From: Candidatus Iainarchaeum sp. | GTDB lineage: Archaea; Iainarchaeota; Iainarchaeia; Iainarchaeales; CSSED10-239 | Direction of reading: 5' to 3' | Assembly: GCA_028700115.1 (NCBI GenBank) | Contig: JAQVTI010000003.1 | Span: forward strand, 1-32,000 | DNA: 32,000 nucleotides | Shown: piece by piece, positions 19,585-29,471 of the stretch | How positions within the stretch are numbered: the stretch's first letter is position 1 | Layout: each line of letters begins with the position of its first letter | Made by a program: the position numbers and the translations under genes | Notes under the pieces: generated by a model | Told to the model about the DNA's origin: nothing | Databases searched by the model: none | Seen by the model: only the letters and a program-made list of their open reading frames with translations

Positions 19585-19890
19585 ATGGAAAATAAAGACA
19601 AACTTATAAATATATTAGAAGAAGATCCTGAACTATACAAAATAATAAACTCAAAAGAAATTATGCAAATATTAGAACAAATAAAAACAAAACCACAAAA
19701 AAAAGAAGAAATAACAAGAAAAATATATTTTAAAAAAGTATCTATACTATATAATATATTAGATATCCTTATTAAAAAAAAAATAATAAAAAAAATAGAT
19801 ATTGAAAATAAAGAAATATATTATATTACAGATAAGGGTAATGAATTTATGGACTTATGTTATATTGCAAAAAAGAAATATAATATTTAA
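19585..19890 (+). CDS. Small winged-helix-like protein (putative regulator)
   Basis: 101 aa; 'KEEITRKIYFKKVSILYNILDILIKKKIIKKIDIENKEIYYITDKGNEFM' reads as a helix-turn-helix plus wing. Confidence 0.5.
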   Translation: MENKDKLINILEEDPELYKIINSKEIMQILEQIKTKPQKKEEITRKIYFKKVSILYNILDILIKKKIIKKIDIENKEIYYITDKGNEFMDLCYIAKKKYNI

Positions 19891-19909
19891 AAAAATTGGT
19901 GGTGAATAA

Positions 19910-20260
19910 ATGAAAACATTTTTAGGAGTCTTAAGTACAGGAAAAGGTACATGGGGGCAAGTAGCACACATTGTAGATAATACTGATTATCAAGAAGTTT
20001 ATTTAATTTCAAATGAATGGGCACAAGATAAATTTAGTTGTTCAAAAAAAGTAAATTGGATAATAATAGATCCAAGAAAAGGATTTAGTGAAATTTTAGG
20101 AGATATTGAAGAACAATTCCCAAAAAATTTAACAGAAATAGATTTAAATATACATTCTGGAAGTGGAAAAGAACATAGTGCAATATTAGCAATATTACAA
20201 AAAAAGAAAATTAAATTTAATATAATAACTATAAATGCAGAAGGAATTATAAAATATTAA
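19910..20260 (+). CDS. Small Rossmann-like (possibly CARF-like) protein
   Basis: 116 aa preceded by SD-like 'ggtggtg'; 'FLGVLSTGKGTWGQVAHIV...EVYLISNE...IDLNIHSGSGKEHSAILAILQ...FNIITI'. Confidence 0.45.
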   Translation: MKTFLGVLSTGKGTWGQVAHIVDNTDYQEVYLISNEWAQDKFSCSKKVNWIIIDPRKGFSEILGDIEEQFPKNLTEIDLNIHSGSGKEHSAILAILQKKKIKFNIITINAEGIIKY

Positions 20261-20283
20261 ATTCCTTAAAAAGAGGTATTTAT

Positions 20284-23200
20284 TTGAAAAACTATAAAAT
20301 TATAGTATTTATTTTTTTAATGCTACTGTGTGGGCTATCAGGATGTATTCATTTAATAAACACACAAGGAAAACAAGCCTGTATTTCGCTTACACATTTT
20401 TCAAATAACACCATACCTTCTTGTAACACACAAAAAACATGCTATCAAAAAGTAGAAAATTTAAATTTTATTGAAGCAAAAACAACTATTTCTATAAATA
20501 ATAACTTACTTACATATAAAAATGAATTAGCAAATGCATATTATCACTTTAATGAAAGTAAAAAAATATTAGAAACAATAAATAATGAATGTAAAAAAGA
20601 ATTACCAAAAGATATAGAAAACACATTAAATGACTTTTTTTATTATTCTGGAAAAATTATCAAAAATATAGATTCTCTTTCTGAAAAAAGTATAATTTTA
20701 TTACAAAATTGGTTATTATATTTAGATGACCAAGAAATAGAATTAATTTCTGAAGAAGAAATATATAAAGATTTTATAGTAATAAATCAAAATTTAAATG
20801 AACTTAGAGAAGAAACAAATCAAAATACATATATTGGACAATTAAATTATGAAATAAAAACATTACATGAAATCTCTACAAAATTTGGATTTAAAGAAAC
20901 ATACTTAAATGAATCTGACTTTATAGATGTTTATAAATATTATTTAAAATTTGTAGAAGAAGATATAAATTCTATACTAATTCCCAAAATACTTAAAAGT
21001 TATAATTATCTTATGACTAAAATATCAAAATCACATGATTTATTAAAAATAAATGAATTATTAGAAAAAGCAGACAATTATAATTATTACTTATTATTAG
21101 ACAGATTTGTGGGAACAAATAAATCAATTACAACAGAATTTATTGAATTAAATAACAAAATAAATCTAGATTTAATAGAAATATATAATAAAATAGATAC
21201 TATAGAAAAATATATAGAAGAAAATAAAGAAAATATAGATGTAGAAAAATATAATTATTTTGAAATAGATAAAAGAAAATTTAAAGAAAAAAAACAAACA
21301 ATTGGAAAATATTTAAATAATTTAAAAAATATAGAAAATGAAATTAAGATTAATAAAAATCAAATAGAATTACAAGATAAAGAAATAATACAAAAAATAA
21401 AAGAATGTGATGATATTATAGAGATTGCAAAAGAATATGAAAATAAATATTTTAAAAATCTTGTGAAAATATATGAAAATGGAAATAATCTTGAAAAAAT
21501 ATTAAGTTGTGAACAAATTAAAGAAGCAATAAACGAAAAAGACAATTGTCTTATAACTTTAGAAAATATATTTGAATTAAACTTAGAAGAAATAGAAGAA
21601 ATGCAAATAACTAATTATACGGATCCAAAAAAATGTGAAGAAATACTTTATACAATTGAAGAAAAATTAAATTATAATATTTATATTAATTATTTAAATA
21701 AATTACTTTTAAAAAATCAAAAAATGATAAATAATATAGAAAAAGAATTAGAAGAAAATCAATTTGAAAAAATATTAATTATTAAAAAATATAAACACGA
21801 AATTGAAGATCAAATAAAACAAAAAAATATATATAAAATAAAAGATATAGAACAAAAAATAGAATATCAAGAAAATATATCACAAGAAATGATTTTAATA
21901 AGTAAAGAAATAATATATAATTTCCCGGAAAAATATGTAGATATAAAAAATATTAATGAAAAAATATATTTAATGATAAAAAACCCATTTGAATACGAAT
22001 TAGAAGAAGTAGAAATTGAAAATAAATATGAAAACATAAAATTAATATCAAATAAATTAAGTAAATACAAAGAAAAAATAAAAATATCAAAACTAAAAAT
22101 TAATGAAAATTATTTTGAAATAGAATATATAAATAACAAATATATTTCACAAAACATAATATTACTTACAAAAGAATATGCATTAATTAAATTAAATATA
22201 CAAAATGAAATTAACAATATATGGGATAAAATTGAAATAGAAAATGTAATTGATGCAAGTGGAGATTTAGAATACTTTGATAAATTTAAGATATATTATC
22301 TAAGTAAAAAAAATAATGAAATAATTTATAAAAAAGATATATTAAATAAAACAATAATTTCAGAAAATATAGAAGAAGTAAATGACAATTTATATTTATT
22401 AAAAGACACTTATACTTTAAAAAATGTATGGATAGAAGATTTAGTTTGGGATTTAGAAATAGAAAAAAGAAATGATAAAGAAGTTGTAATTATAAAAATA
22501 AACACAATAGAAACAAATATATTTGAAAAAAACGGAAAAGAATATTTTACAATAGATATTAAAAAAAATAATATTAAAAAAATAGAAGAATACACATTAA
22601 GAAATAAAGAAGATATAATTAGAGATATAGAAAATATAATAATTGAACTAAACGAACTAAAACAAAGTAAATTTGAAAATGTAAAAGAATTAATTAAAAA
22701 TATAAAAATTACAAACATAAAAGATGAATATAATATATCAGAAATTAAAGAAATAATAAAATATAAAATAGAAATAGAAAATGCAAAAAAATTAGAAAAA
22801 GAATGTATAATAATAGAAAAAGAATTTATAAAAATGTATTCTAAAATTTTACAAATAGAAATAGATGAGAAAACAAAAATAAAAATTGAAAATTTATCAG
22901 ATACAAAATACAAAAATATTTTAAAAAATTATAACCTTTTAAAAGAAATATATGATGAAATATATATTGAACAAATATATAAAAAAGATCAACTACAAAA
23001 AGAAAATTTAATAAAAATTGAAGAAATTAAAGAAAAAATAAAATATTTAGATGAATATAAAATATATGAAAATAAAATTAAAGATATAGAATATAATAAA
23101 GAATATAATAAAATTACAGAACTAGAAATAGAAATAGAACAACAAATAGAAGAAAAAGCAAAAAAAATATATTTAAATATAATAGAAAACACACAAAATT

Positions 23201-23790
23201 TAAATGAAGAAGAATTACAAAAATTAATTGAAAAAATAATGTGGGTATTTACAGATTTTAGTTTAGAAGAATTATATAGTATAAAATATTACCCTATAAT
23301 TACAGAAAAAGATATAGATAGAATTGAAAAAAAACAGAAAATTTTAGATACAATTACATTTAATAAAGAAATTGATGAATACATAGAAAACTATGAAAAT
23401 GAAGAATATTTTTTAGCAATTAAAAAAATAGAAATAGAAACTTTAAAAAAATTAGAAGAATTAAATCTTGAAAAAAAATTATTAGAAGAAGGATTAGAAA
23501 ATATAAAAAACGATTCAAAAAAAGAATTAACCAATTTTATACAAGAAAATGAAAAAGAAGTTGAAATAATTAATGATCTAAAAAATAATTATGAAGAAGG
23601 TAAATATTTAAATGTAATTGCAAAAATTAGAACTCAAAAGATAGATGAAAAAACAAATAAATTAACTTATTTAATACCAATTGTAATTGTAATTATAATA
23701 TCCTTATTTTATATGTATAATAGATTAGAAATAAAAGAAAAAAAAGAAAAAAATATAAACAAAAAGAAAAAAGTCATAAGACATAATTAA
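20284..23790 (+). CDS. Giant coiled-coil surface lipoprotein with C-terminal TM anchor (TTG start)
   Basis: 1168 aa; 'gaggt' SD and TTG start; signal peptide with lipobox-like 'GLSGC'; very long K/E/I/N-rich helical region; C-terminal TM 'LIPIVIVIIISLFYMY' followed by a Lys-rich tail. Confidence 0.75.
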   Translation: MKNYKIIVFIFLMLLCGLSGCIHLINTQGKQACISLTHFSNNTIPSCNTQKTCYQKVENLNFIEAKTTISINNNLLTYKNELANAYYHFNESKKILETINNECKKELPKDIENTLNDFFYYSGKIIKNIDSLSEKSIILLQNWLLYLDDQEIELISEEEIYKDFIVINQNLNELREETNQNTYIGQLNYEIKTLHEISTKFGFKETYLNESDFIDVYKYYLKFVEEDINSILIPKILKSYNYLMTKISKSHDLLKINELLEKADNYNYYLLLDRFVGTNKSITTEFIELNNKINLDLIEIYNKIDTIEKYIEENKENIDVEKYNYFEIDKRKFKEKKQTIGKYLNNLKNIENEIKINKNQIELQDKEIIQKIKECDDIIEIAKEYENKYFKNLVKIYENGNNLEKILSCEQIKEAINEKDNCLITLENIFELNLEEIEEMQITNYTDPKKCEEILYTIEEKLNYNIYINYLNKLLLKNQKMINNIEKELEENQFEKILIIKKYKHEIEDQIKQKNIYKIKDIEQKIEYQENISQEMILISKEIIYNFPEKYVDIKNINEKIYLMIKNPFEYELEEVEIENKYENIKLISNKLSKYKEKIKISKLKINENYFEIEYINNKYISQNIILLTKEYALIKLNIQNEINNIWDKIEIENVIDASGDLEYFDKFKIYYLSKKNNEIIYKKDILNKTIISENIEEVNDNLYLLKDTYTLKNVWIEDLVWDLEIEKRNDKEVVIIKINTIETNIFEKNGKEYFTIDIKKNNIKKIEEYTLRNKEDIIRDIENIIIELNELKQSKFENVKELIKNIKITNIKDEYNISEIKEIIKYKIEIENAKKLEKECIIIEKEFIKMYSKILQIEIDEKTKIKIENLSDTKYKNILKNYNLLKEIYDEIYIEQIYKKDQLQKENLIKIEEIKEKIKYLDEYKIYENKIKDIEYNKEYNKITELEIEIEQQIEEKAKKIYLNIIENTQNLNEEELQKLIEKIMWVFTDFSLEELYSIKYYPIITEKDIDRIEKKQKILDTITFNKEIDEYIENYENEEYFLAIKKIEIETLKKLEELNLEKKLLEEGLENIKNDSKKELTNFIQENEKEVEIINDLKNNYEEGKYLNVIAKIRTQKIDEKTNKLTYLIPIVIVIIISLFYMYNRLEIKEKKEKNINKKKKVIRHN

Positions 23791-23842
23791 AAAAGAATTG
23801 GTTCTATATTATATTTGTAATATAAAAATTATTGGGATATAT

Positions 23843-25015
23843 ATGGACATTAAAAAAATAACATTATTTATTATATTTATAATATTAATTACAACAAATA
23901 TATTTGCAGAAACAATAGAAACTAAAAGCTTTGAAGAACTTAATTTTAATACAATGATTGTAAAAAAAAATACAGAAATTTGTTTTGAAAATAAATTTGA
24001 TGAACTTAAAACAAAGACAGATAGTAAATATTATTTGACATTAATAATTGAAAATTATGTAAAAACAACAAAAGATTTAAACATAAATATATATCTTAAT
24101 GATAAATTTGAAAAAAATATACAAAATAATAAAATATTAAAAGAAAATATTATTAAATTAAAAAATATATCGAATATTAAAGAAAATAATTTAAAAATAT
24201 GTATATCTAATAATTATATTCCAGAACTAATTATTTCTAAAAAAAGTAAAATAGGAACTTATAATCTTGCAGAAATTTTAGAAACAAATTTTTATCAAAT
24301 AACTCCAGAAAAAGGTTATATTAATGACTTAATACCTGTAGAAATATTTATAAAAAATACAGGTTCTGGAAAAATATTTGTAAATTTATATAATGCATAT
24401 GAAACATATTTAAAAAATTCAAACTTAGATAATGTGTCAGGCCAAACAACCTATTTTGGAGAAATATACCCTGGAGAAATAAAATCAATAAAATATTTTA
24501 TAAAAACAGATAATTCAAAAACTTATTTGACACCAAGAGCATATGTAGAATATATAGATGAATTTGATAAAAAAAAGACAATATATACAAATCAAAATAT
24601 AATAAATCTATCAGAAAATCAAGAAAAAATAAAAGCAATAATAGATATTTCTAAGAATTCTACCCAAAACAATACTCTTTCTGGAAATTTAATAATTATT
24701 AATCAAAGTTTAGAAAATATTAAAAATATATATATAATTCCAGAATATGAAGAATATATAACACTTGAAAAAGAAGAAATTAAACAAATAAATAAAAAAG
24801 ATATAATAGAAATACCATTTAAAATAAATACACCTGAAATTAAAGAATATTCTTTATTATTTAAAATAAATTATGAAGATCAAGAAAAAATAAAACAAAC
24901 AACAACAGAAAAAATAAAAATAAATACAGAACCAGAAAATACAAAAATACTAACTATAACTTCTATATTAATTGCACTAACAATTATATTATTTATATGG
25001 GTATTTAAATTTTAA
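23843..25015 (+). CDS. Exported protein with beta-sandwich domains and C-terminal TM anchor
   Basis: ORF opens at 23798 but the signal peptide starts at the internal ATG 23843 (MDIKKITLFIIFIILITTNIFAE); C-terminal TM 'ILTITSILIALTIILFIWVFKF'. Confidence 0.65.
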   Translation: MDIKKITLFIIFIILITTNIFAETIETKSFEELNFNTMIVKKNTEICFENKFDELKTKTDSKYYLTLIIENYVKTTKDLNINIYLNDKFEKNIQNNKILKENIIKLKNISNIKENNLKICISNNYIPELIISKKSKIGTYNLAEILETNFYQITPEKGYINDLIPVEIFIKNTGSGKIFVNLYNAYETYLKNSNLDNVSGQTTYFGEIYPGEIKSIKYFIKTDNSKTYLTPRAYVEYIDEFDKKKTIYTNQNIINLSENQEKIKAIIDISKNSTQNNTLSGNLIIINQSLENIKNIYIIPEYEEYITLEKEEIKQINKKDIIEIPFKINTPEIKEYSLLFKINYEDQEKIKQTTTEKIKINTEPENTKILTITSILIALTIILFIWVFKF

Positions 25016-25037
25016 AAAAAATTAAATCTTTAAAAAA

Positions 25038-26780
25038 TCAAATAATTCTATGAAATAATTTATCCATATCTTTCATACTTAAAAAAATAACACTTGGTCT
25101 GCCATGTGCACAAATAACACTATTATTAACCTTACTTAATTTTGAAATTAAATTTATTTGCTCAGAAATACTTAATTTACAATTTGCTTTTATAGATTGT
25201 TTACAAGACTTTAATTTAATTAAATTATCTTTTAATTTAGAAAAAGACATCACATTATTTTTTAAATCATCTAAAACATTTATGAAATAATTTTTATCAA
25301 AAAGTTTATTTAAAAAAATTGGAATAGAAATTAAATTTATTGAAAAATTATCAATAATTTCAAAATTAAAACCAAGTTTTTTAATTAAATCTAAATTTTT
25401 ATATAAAACCTCTGCTTGAGATTCATCTAAAGAAATATATATTGGAGAAATTAAATTTTGAAAATCTACACTTTCTGAAAATTTTAGTCTATTTTCTTCT
25501 AAGTTAATTCTTTCATCAGCAGCGTGTTGATCAATAATTAAAAATCCATCTTGGGTCTCACAAACAATATAAGTATTATGAATTTGCCCAACAATAGAAG
25601 TTATTTCTTTATCTAATAATTTTATATTTTTAAAAGAAGAATAATCATAAAAAGACTGTTGAGAATTATTAGAAGATAAATTAGTAAAAAAAGAATTTGG
25701 GGTAGAAAAATCTTTTAAATTAGAATAACTTAATTTAGTAGAAATATTTAAATTATTAGACAAATCAGACTTTGCAAAATAATTAAAATTACTAACATCA
25801 TTAGAAATACTTTTACCTAGATGCTTATCTAAAATTTTTGTTAAATCTTTTCTAAGCTCGGATAAAAATAATAATTCATTAAATAATTTAACAAATCTTT
25901 TTTTGGGATGTACATTTACATCAACAGTAGTAGAATCTATATCTATAAATAAAATAAAAAAAGGCTTTTGTTGAATCATTAAATAATCTTTATAAGCACT
26001 TGTAATTGCTTTATATATTTGAGAAGAAAAAACAAATCTATTGTTTATAAATAAATAACTATTTGGCAAAAAAATAGGTTTTGCAGGATTACTTAAAAAA
26101 CCTTTTAACTTAAATAAAGAATTATCTATATTTATAGGAATTGTCTTTAATTTAATTTCATTACCAAAAATTTGAATCATACGATTTTCTAAAGAAGTAG
26201 CTTGTAAATTTATATTTTTTTTCTCAGAAGAAAAATTGAAACTAATGTGAGGATACATTAAAGAATACGCTATAAAAACATCATATAATTTAGAAAACTC
26301 AAAAGATTTAGATTTTAAAAATTTTTTTCTAACAGGAATATTTTCAAATAAATTTTTAATAATAAAAGTAGTTCCTTTAAGTGAAGGACAACTTTCTAAA
26401 ACCCCATTATAAAAAGAATAACCCTCTCCAGAATTATTTGTAGATGAAATTATTTTTAAATCAGAAACTGCATTTATACTTGCTAATGCTTCTCCTCTAA
26501 AACCAAATGAATTTAAAGAAAAAAGATCATCTATAGACAAAAGCTTACTTGTAGTGTGTCTTTCTAAACAAATTTTTAAATCATCTTTAGAAATACCATT
26601 ACCATCATCTTTAATTTCTATAAGATCTATTCCTGAATTTTTAATAGAAATTATTATTTTATTAGCAAAAGCATCAATAGAATTTTCAATTAATTCCTTT
26701 AAAATATCTGCAGGAGATTCAATTACTTCTCCGGCACTAATTAAATTAATTGTATTATCATTTAATTTTTTAATAACCAT
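25038..26780 (-). CDS. mutL: DNA mismatch repair protein MutL (with endonuclease motif)
   Basis: GHKL motifs 'ELIENSIDAFANKI', 'DDGNGISKDDL', 'GFRGEALASI'; C-terminal 'DQHAADERINLEE' matches DQHA(X)2E(X)4E. Confidence 0.95.
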   Translation of the reverse strand: MVIKKLNDNTINLISAGEVIESPADILKELIENSIDAFANKIIISIKNSGIDLIEIKDDGNGISKDDLKICLERHTTSKLLSIDDLFSLNSFGFRGEALASINAVSDLKIISSTNNSGEGYSFYNGVLESCPSLKGTTFIIKNLFENIPVRKKFLKSKSFEFSKLYDVFIAYSLMYPHISFNFSSEKKNINLQATSLENRMIQIFGNEIKLKTIPINIDNSLFKLKGFLSNPAKPIFLPNSYLFINNRFVFSSQIYKAITSAYKDYLMIQQKPFFILFIDIDSTTVDVNVHPKKRFVKLFNELLFLSELRKDLTKILDKHLGKSISNDVSNFNYFAKSDLSNNLNISTKLSYSNLKDFSTPNSFFTNLSSNNSQQSFYDYSSFKNIKLLDKEITSIVGQIHNTYIVCETQDGFLIIDQHAADERINLEENRLKFSESVDFQNLISPIYISLDESQAEVLYKNLDLIKKLGFNFEIIDNFSINLISIPIFLNKLFDKNYFINVLDDLKNNVMSFSKLKDNLIKLKSCKQSIKANCKLSISEQINLISKLSKVNNSVICAHGRPSVIFLSMKDMDKLFHRII

Positions 26781-26791
26781 AAATATTCAAC

Positions 26792-29248
26792 TCAAATAAT
26801 TTTTTTTTGTTCATTCTTAAATAAAATATTTTTAGAAACATCAGATTTTAAAAAAACATCTTCCTCTAAATCTTTTTGAATTTCTAAAGCTCTATTTATA
26901 ACAATATCATTAATTCCAGACATTTTTGCAACTTGTATACCGTAACTTTTATCAATACCGCCTTCAATTAATTTATGATAAAAAGAAAGCTTTCCAGAAT
27001 CTTCTTTTGCAATAACATGATAATTTTTAATACCTAAAAACAAATCTTGCATTTTATTTAATAAATGATAATGTGTTGCCACCAAAGTTTTACAATTAAC
27101 AAAATTATTCAAATATTCTATAATAGACCAAGCCAAACTTAAACCATCATAAGTACTTGTACCTCTACCAACTTCATCTAAAATTACAAAACTTTTATTA
27201 GTTGCATTATTTAAAATATATGCAACTTCAGACATTTCAACTAAAAAAGTACTTTGTCCATGAATAATATCATCAGAAGCACCAACTCTAGTAAAAACAG
27301 CATCAATAAAACCAATTTCACTATCATTAGAAGGAATAAAACAGCCTGCATATGCTAAAATAATACTTATACAAACAGAACGCATATAACTACTCTTACC
27401 AGCCATATTTGGACCAGTTATAATCATAGTTTTATTAGTTATATTTAAATTACAATCATTTGGAACAAAATCAGTTAATTTTTCAATAATTGGATGCCTT
27501 AAATCTTTAAAATATAAATGATCTGAATTATTTAATTTTGGTTTAAAATAATTATTCTCCAAACTAATTTGAGCATTTGAACAAATTACATCTAAAAAAC
27601 CTATATTTTTAGATATATCTAAAATATCTTTTTGATATTTTAAAACCTCTTTACAAATATCTAAAAAAATGTTATATTCAAGTTCTAATCTTTTCTCCTT
27701 AGCATTTAAAATTAAACTTTCTTTTTCAGAAAGAATTTTTGTTGTAAATCTTTCAGCATTAACTAAAGTTTGCTTTCTTTCAAAATCATTTGGAACTTGC
27801 TTAGCTTGCATTTTTGGAATTTCTATATAATATCCAAAAATTTTATTAAATTTTAATTTTAAAGACTTAATATTTGTTTCTAATTTTAATTTTTCTTCAT
27901 ACTCTAATAAAAAAGAATTTATAGATTTATGAATGTTAACTAAACTATAAAGTTCATTAGAAAAATTTGGTTTAATAAAATTACCTTCTCTAACACTAAA
28001 AGGAGGGTCTTGAACAATAGAATTATCTATTAAAGAAATTAATTTATCTAAAGATTTTAAATTATTATTAATTGTTGAAAAATAAATTGAATTTAAATTA
28101 TTTAAAATATTTTTAATTTTAGAAACAACTAATAAACTTTGTTTTAAAGAAATTAAATCTCTTGGATTAGAATTACCAAAACCAACTTTACTAATAATTC
28201 TTTCTATATCAGAAATATAACTTAAATTAGTTTTTAAATCTTCCAAAATATAAATATCATTTATAAATTCAGAAATACAATCATATTTATTATTATTATA
28301 AACTAAATCTAAAGAAGGATGTAATAAATCAAAATATAATTGTCTATAACCCATTGCAGTTTTAGTTTTATTAATAAAACCAAATAAACTATTTTTAAGA
28401 TTATTAGAACTTAAACTATTTATAAGTTCTAAATTTTTTATAGTTTTTCGATCTAATTTTAAATATTTATTAAAAGAATAAGATTTAATTGACCTAATAT
28501 AACTTAAATCAGAAAACTGGGTTTCTTTTAAATAATTTAAAGCATTACTACTAGAAATAATTATATGATTTTTAGAATCAATACCAAAAGATTCTAAAGA
28601 ACTTAAAGAAAAATGATCTAATAATTTCTGTCTAGATAAAACTAAATTTAAATCATCAGTATAATTTATAATAACTAAAGGAAGTGTTTTTTTAATCAAA
28701 TCAACTTTATCAAAACTTTTTAAAATATTTTTAGACAATAATAATTCTTTTGGCTTTATTGAAGAAATTTCATTTAATAAACTAGAAAAATCATCAAATT
28801 CACAAACTTTAAAATCACCTGTAGTTATATCTATTAATGAAAACCCATATATATTATTTACAAAAGAAATAGAACCTAGAAAATTATTTTCATAAGAATC
28901 ACTAAAAAGAGTACTTGGTGTAATAACTCTAATTACATCTCTTTTAACAAGACCTTTTGCAAACTTAGGATTTTCCATTTGTTCACAAATTACAACTTTT
29001 TTTCCAGATTTAACTAATTTAGATATATATGGATCTATAGAGTGATATGGAATTCCAGCTAAAGGAGCTTCAGTTAAACCCTTTCCTCTTTTTGTTAAAG
29101 TTATATTTAATATTCTTGAGGCTTCTTTAGCATCATCAAAAAACATTTCATAAAAATCCCCAGCTCTAAATAATAATATACCTTCTGGATATTTTTTTTT
29201 AGTTTCAACATATTGTTTCATCATAGGTGTTAAAGATATATTGTTCAT
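26792..29248 (-). CDS. mutS: DNA mismatch repair protein MutS
   Basis: 818 aa; 'LLFRAGDFYEMFFDDA', Walker A 'ITGPNMAGKSSYMRS', 'FVILDEVGRGTSTYDGLSLAWSI', 'VATHYH'. Confidence 0.96.
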   Translation of the reverse strand: MNNISLTPMMKQYVETKKKYPEGILLFRAGDFYEMFFDDAKEASRILNITLTKRGKGLTEAPLAGIPYHSIDPYISKLVKSGKKVVICEQMENPKFAKGLVKRDVIRVITPSTLFSDSYENNFLGSISFVNNIYGFSLIDITTGDFKVCEFDDFSSLLNEISSIKPKELLLSKNILKSFDKVDLIKKTLPLVIINYTDDLNLVLSRQKLLDHFSLSSLESFGIDSKNHIIISSSNALNYLKETQFSDLSYIRSIKSYSFNKYLKLDRKTIKNLELINSLSSNNLKNSLFGFINKTKTAMGYRQLYFDLLHPSLDLVYNNNKYDCISEFINDIYILEDLKTNLSYISDIERIISKVGFGNSNPRDLISLKQSLLVVSKIKNILNNLNSIYFSTINNNLKSLDKLISLIDNSIVQDPPFSVREGNFIKPNFSNELYSLVNIHKSINSFLLEYEEKLKLETNIKSLKLKFNKIFGYYIEIPKMQAKQVPNDFERKQTLVNAERFTTKILSEKESLILNAKEKRLELEYNIFLDICKEVLKYQKDILDISKNIGFLDVICSNAQISLENNYFKPKLNNSDHLYFKDLRHPIIEKLTDFVPNDCNLNITNKTMIITGPNMAGKSSYMRSVCISIILAYAGCFIPSNDSEIGFIDAVFTRVGASDDIIHGQSTFLVEMSEVAYILNNATNKSFVILDEVGRGTSTYDGLSLAWSIIEYLNNFVNCKTLVATHYHLLNKMQDLFLGIKNYHVIAKEDSGKLSFYHKLIEGGIDKSYGIQVAKMSGINDIVINRALEIQKDLEEDVFLKSDVSKNILFKNEQKKII

Positions 29249-29297
29249 AATATATTATATAATACAAAAACATTTTAAATGAATTTAAAAAAAGAAA

Positions 29298-29371
29298 TGG
29301 TCCCGGGGGGATTTGAACCCCCGACACATAGGTCTTCAGCCTATTGCTCTCCCAGACTGAGCTACGGTACC
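29298..29371 (-). tRNA. tRNA-Phe (GAA)
   Basis: Reverse complement GGTACCG TA GCTC...GAGC A ATAGG CTGAAGA CCTAT ... GGGGG TTCAAAT CCCCC CGGGACC A folds as a cloverleaf with one A4-G69 acceptor mismatch; T-rich tract follows. Confidence 0.92.
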
Positions 29372-29380
29372 TTTAACTGA

Positions 29381-29455
29381 TGAGCTCGATGGGATTCGAA
29401 CCCACGACACCTGGATTAAGAGTCCAGTGCTCTAACCAGACTGAGCTACGAGCCC
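29381..29455 (-). tRNA. tRNA-Lys (CTT)
   Basis: GGGCTCG...CTGGA CTCTTAA TCCAG...GTGGG TTCGAAT CCCAT CGAGCTC A. Confidence 0.92.
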
Positions 29456-29471
29456 CTTCTAAATAAAAAAA

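Noticed and set aside
21360-23192. Several minus-strand ORFs (up to 167 aa) inside the giant coiled-coil gene
   Set aside because: Phe/Ser/Ile-rich antisense shadows of Glu/Lys/Asn codons; not independent genes.
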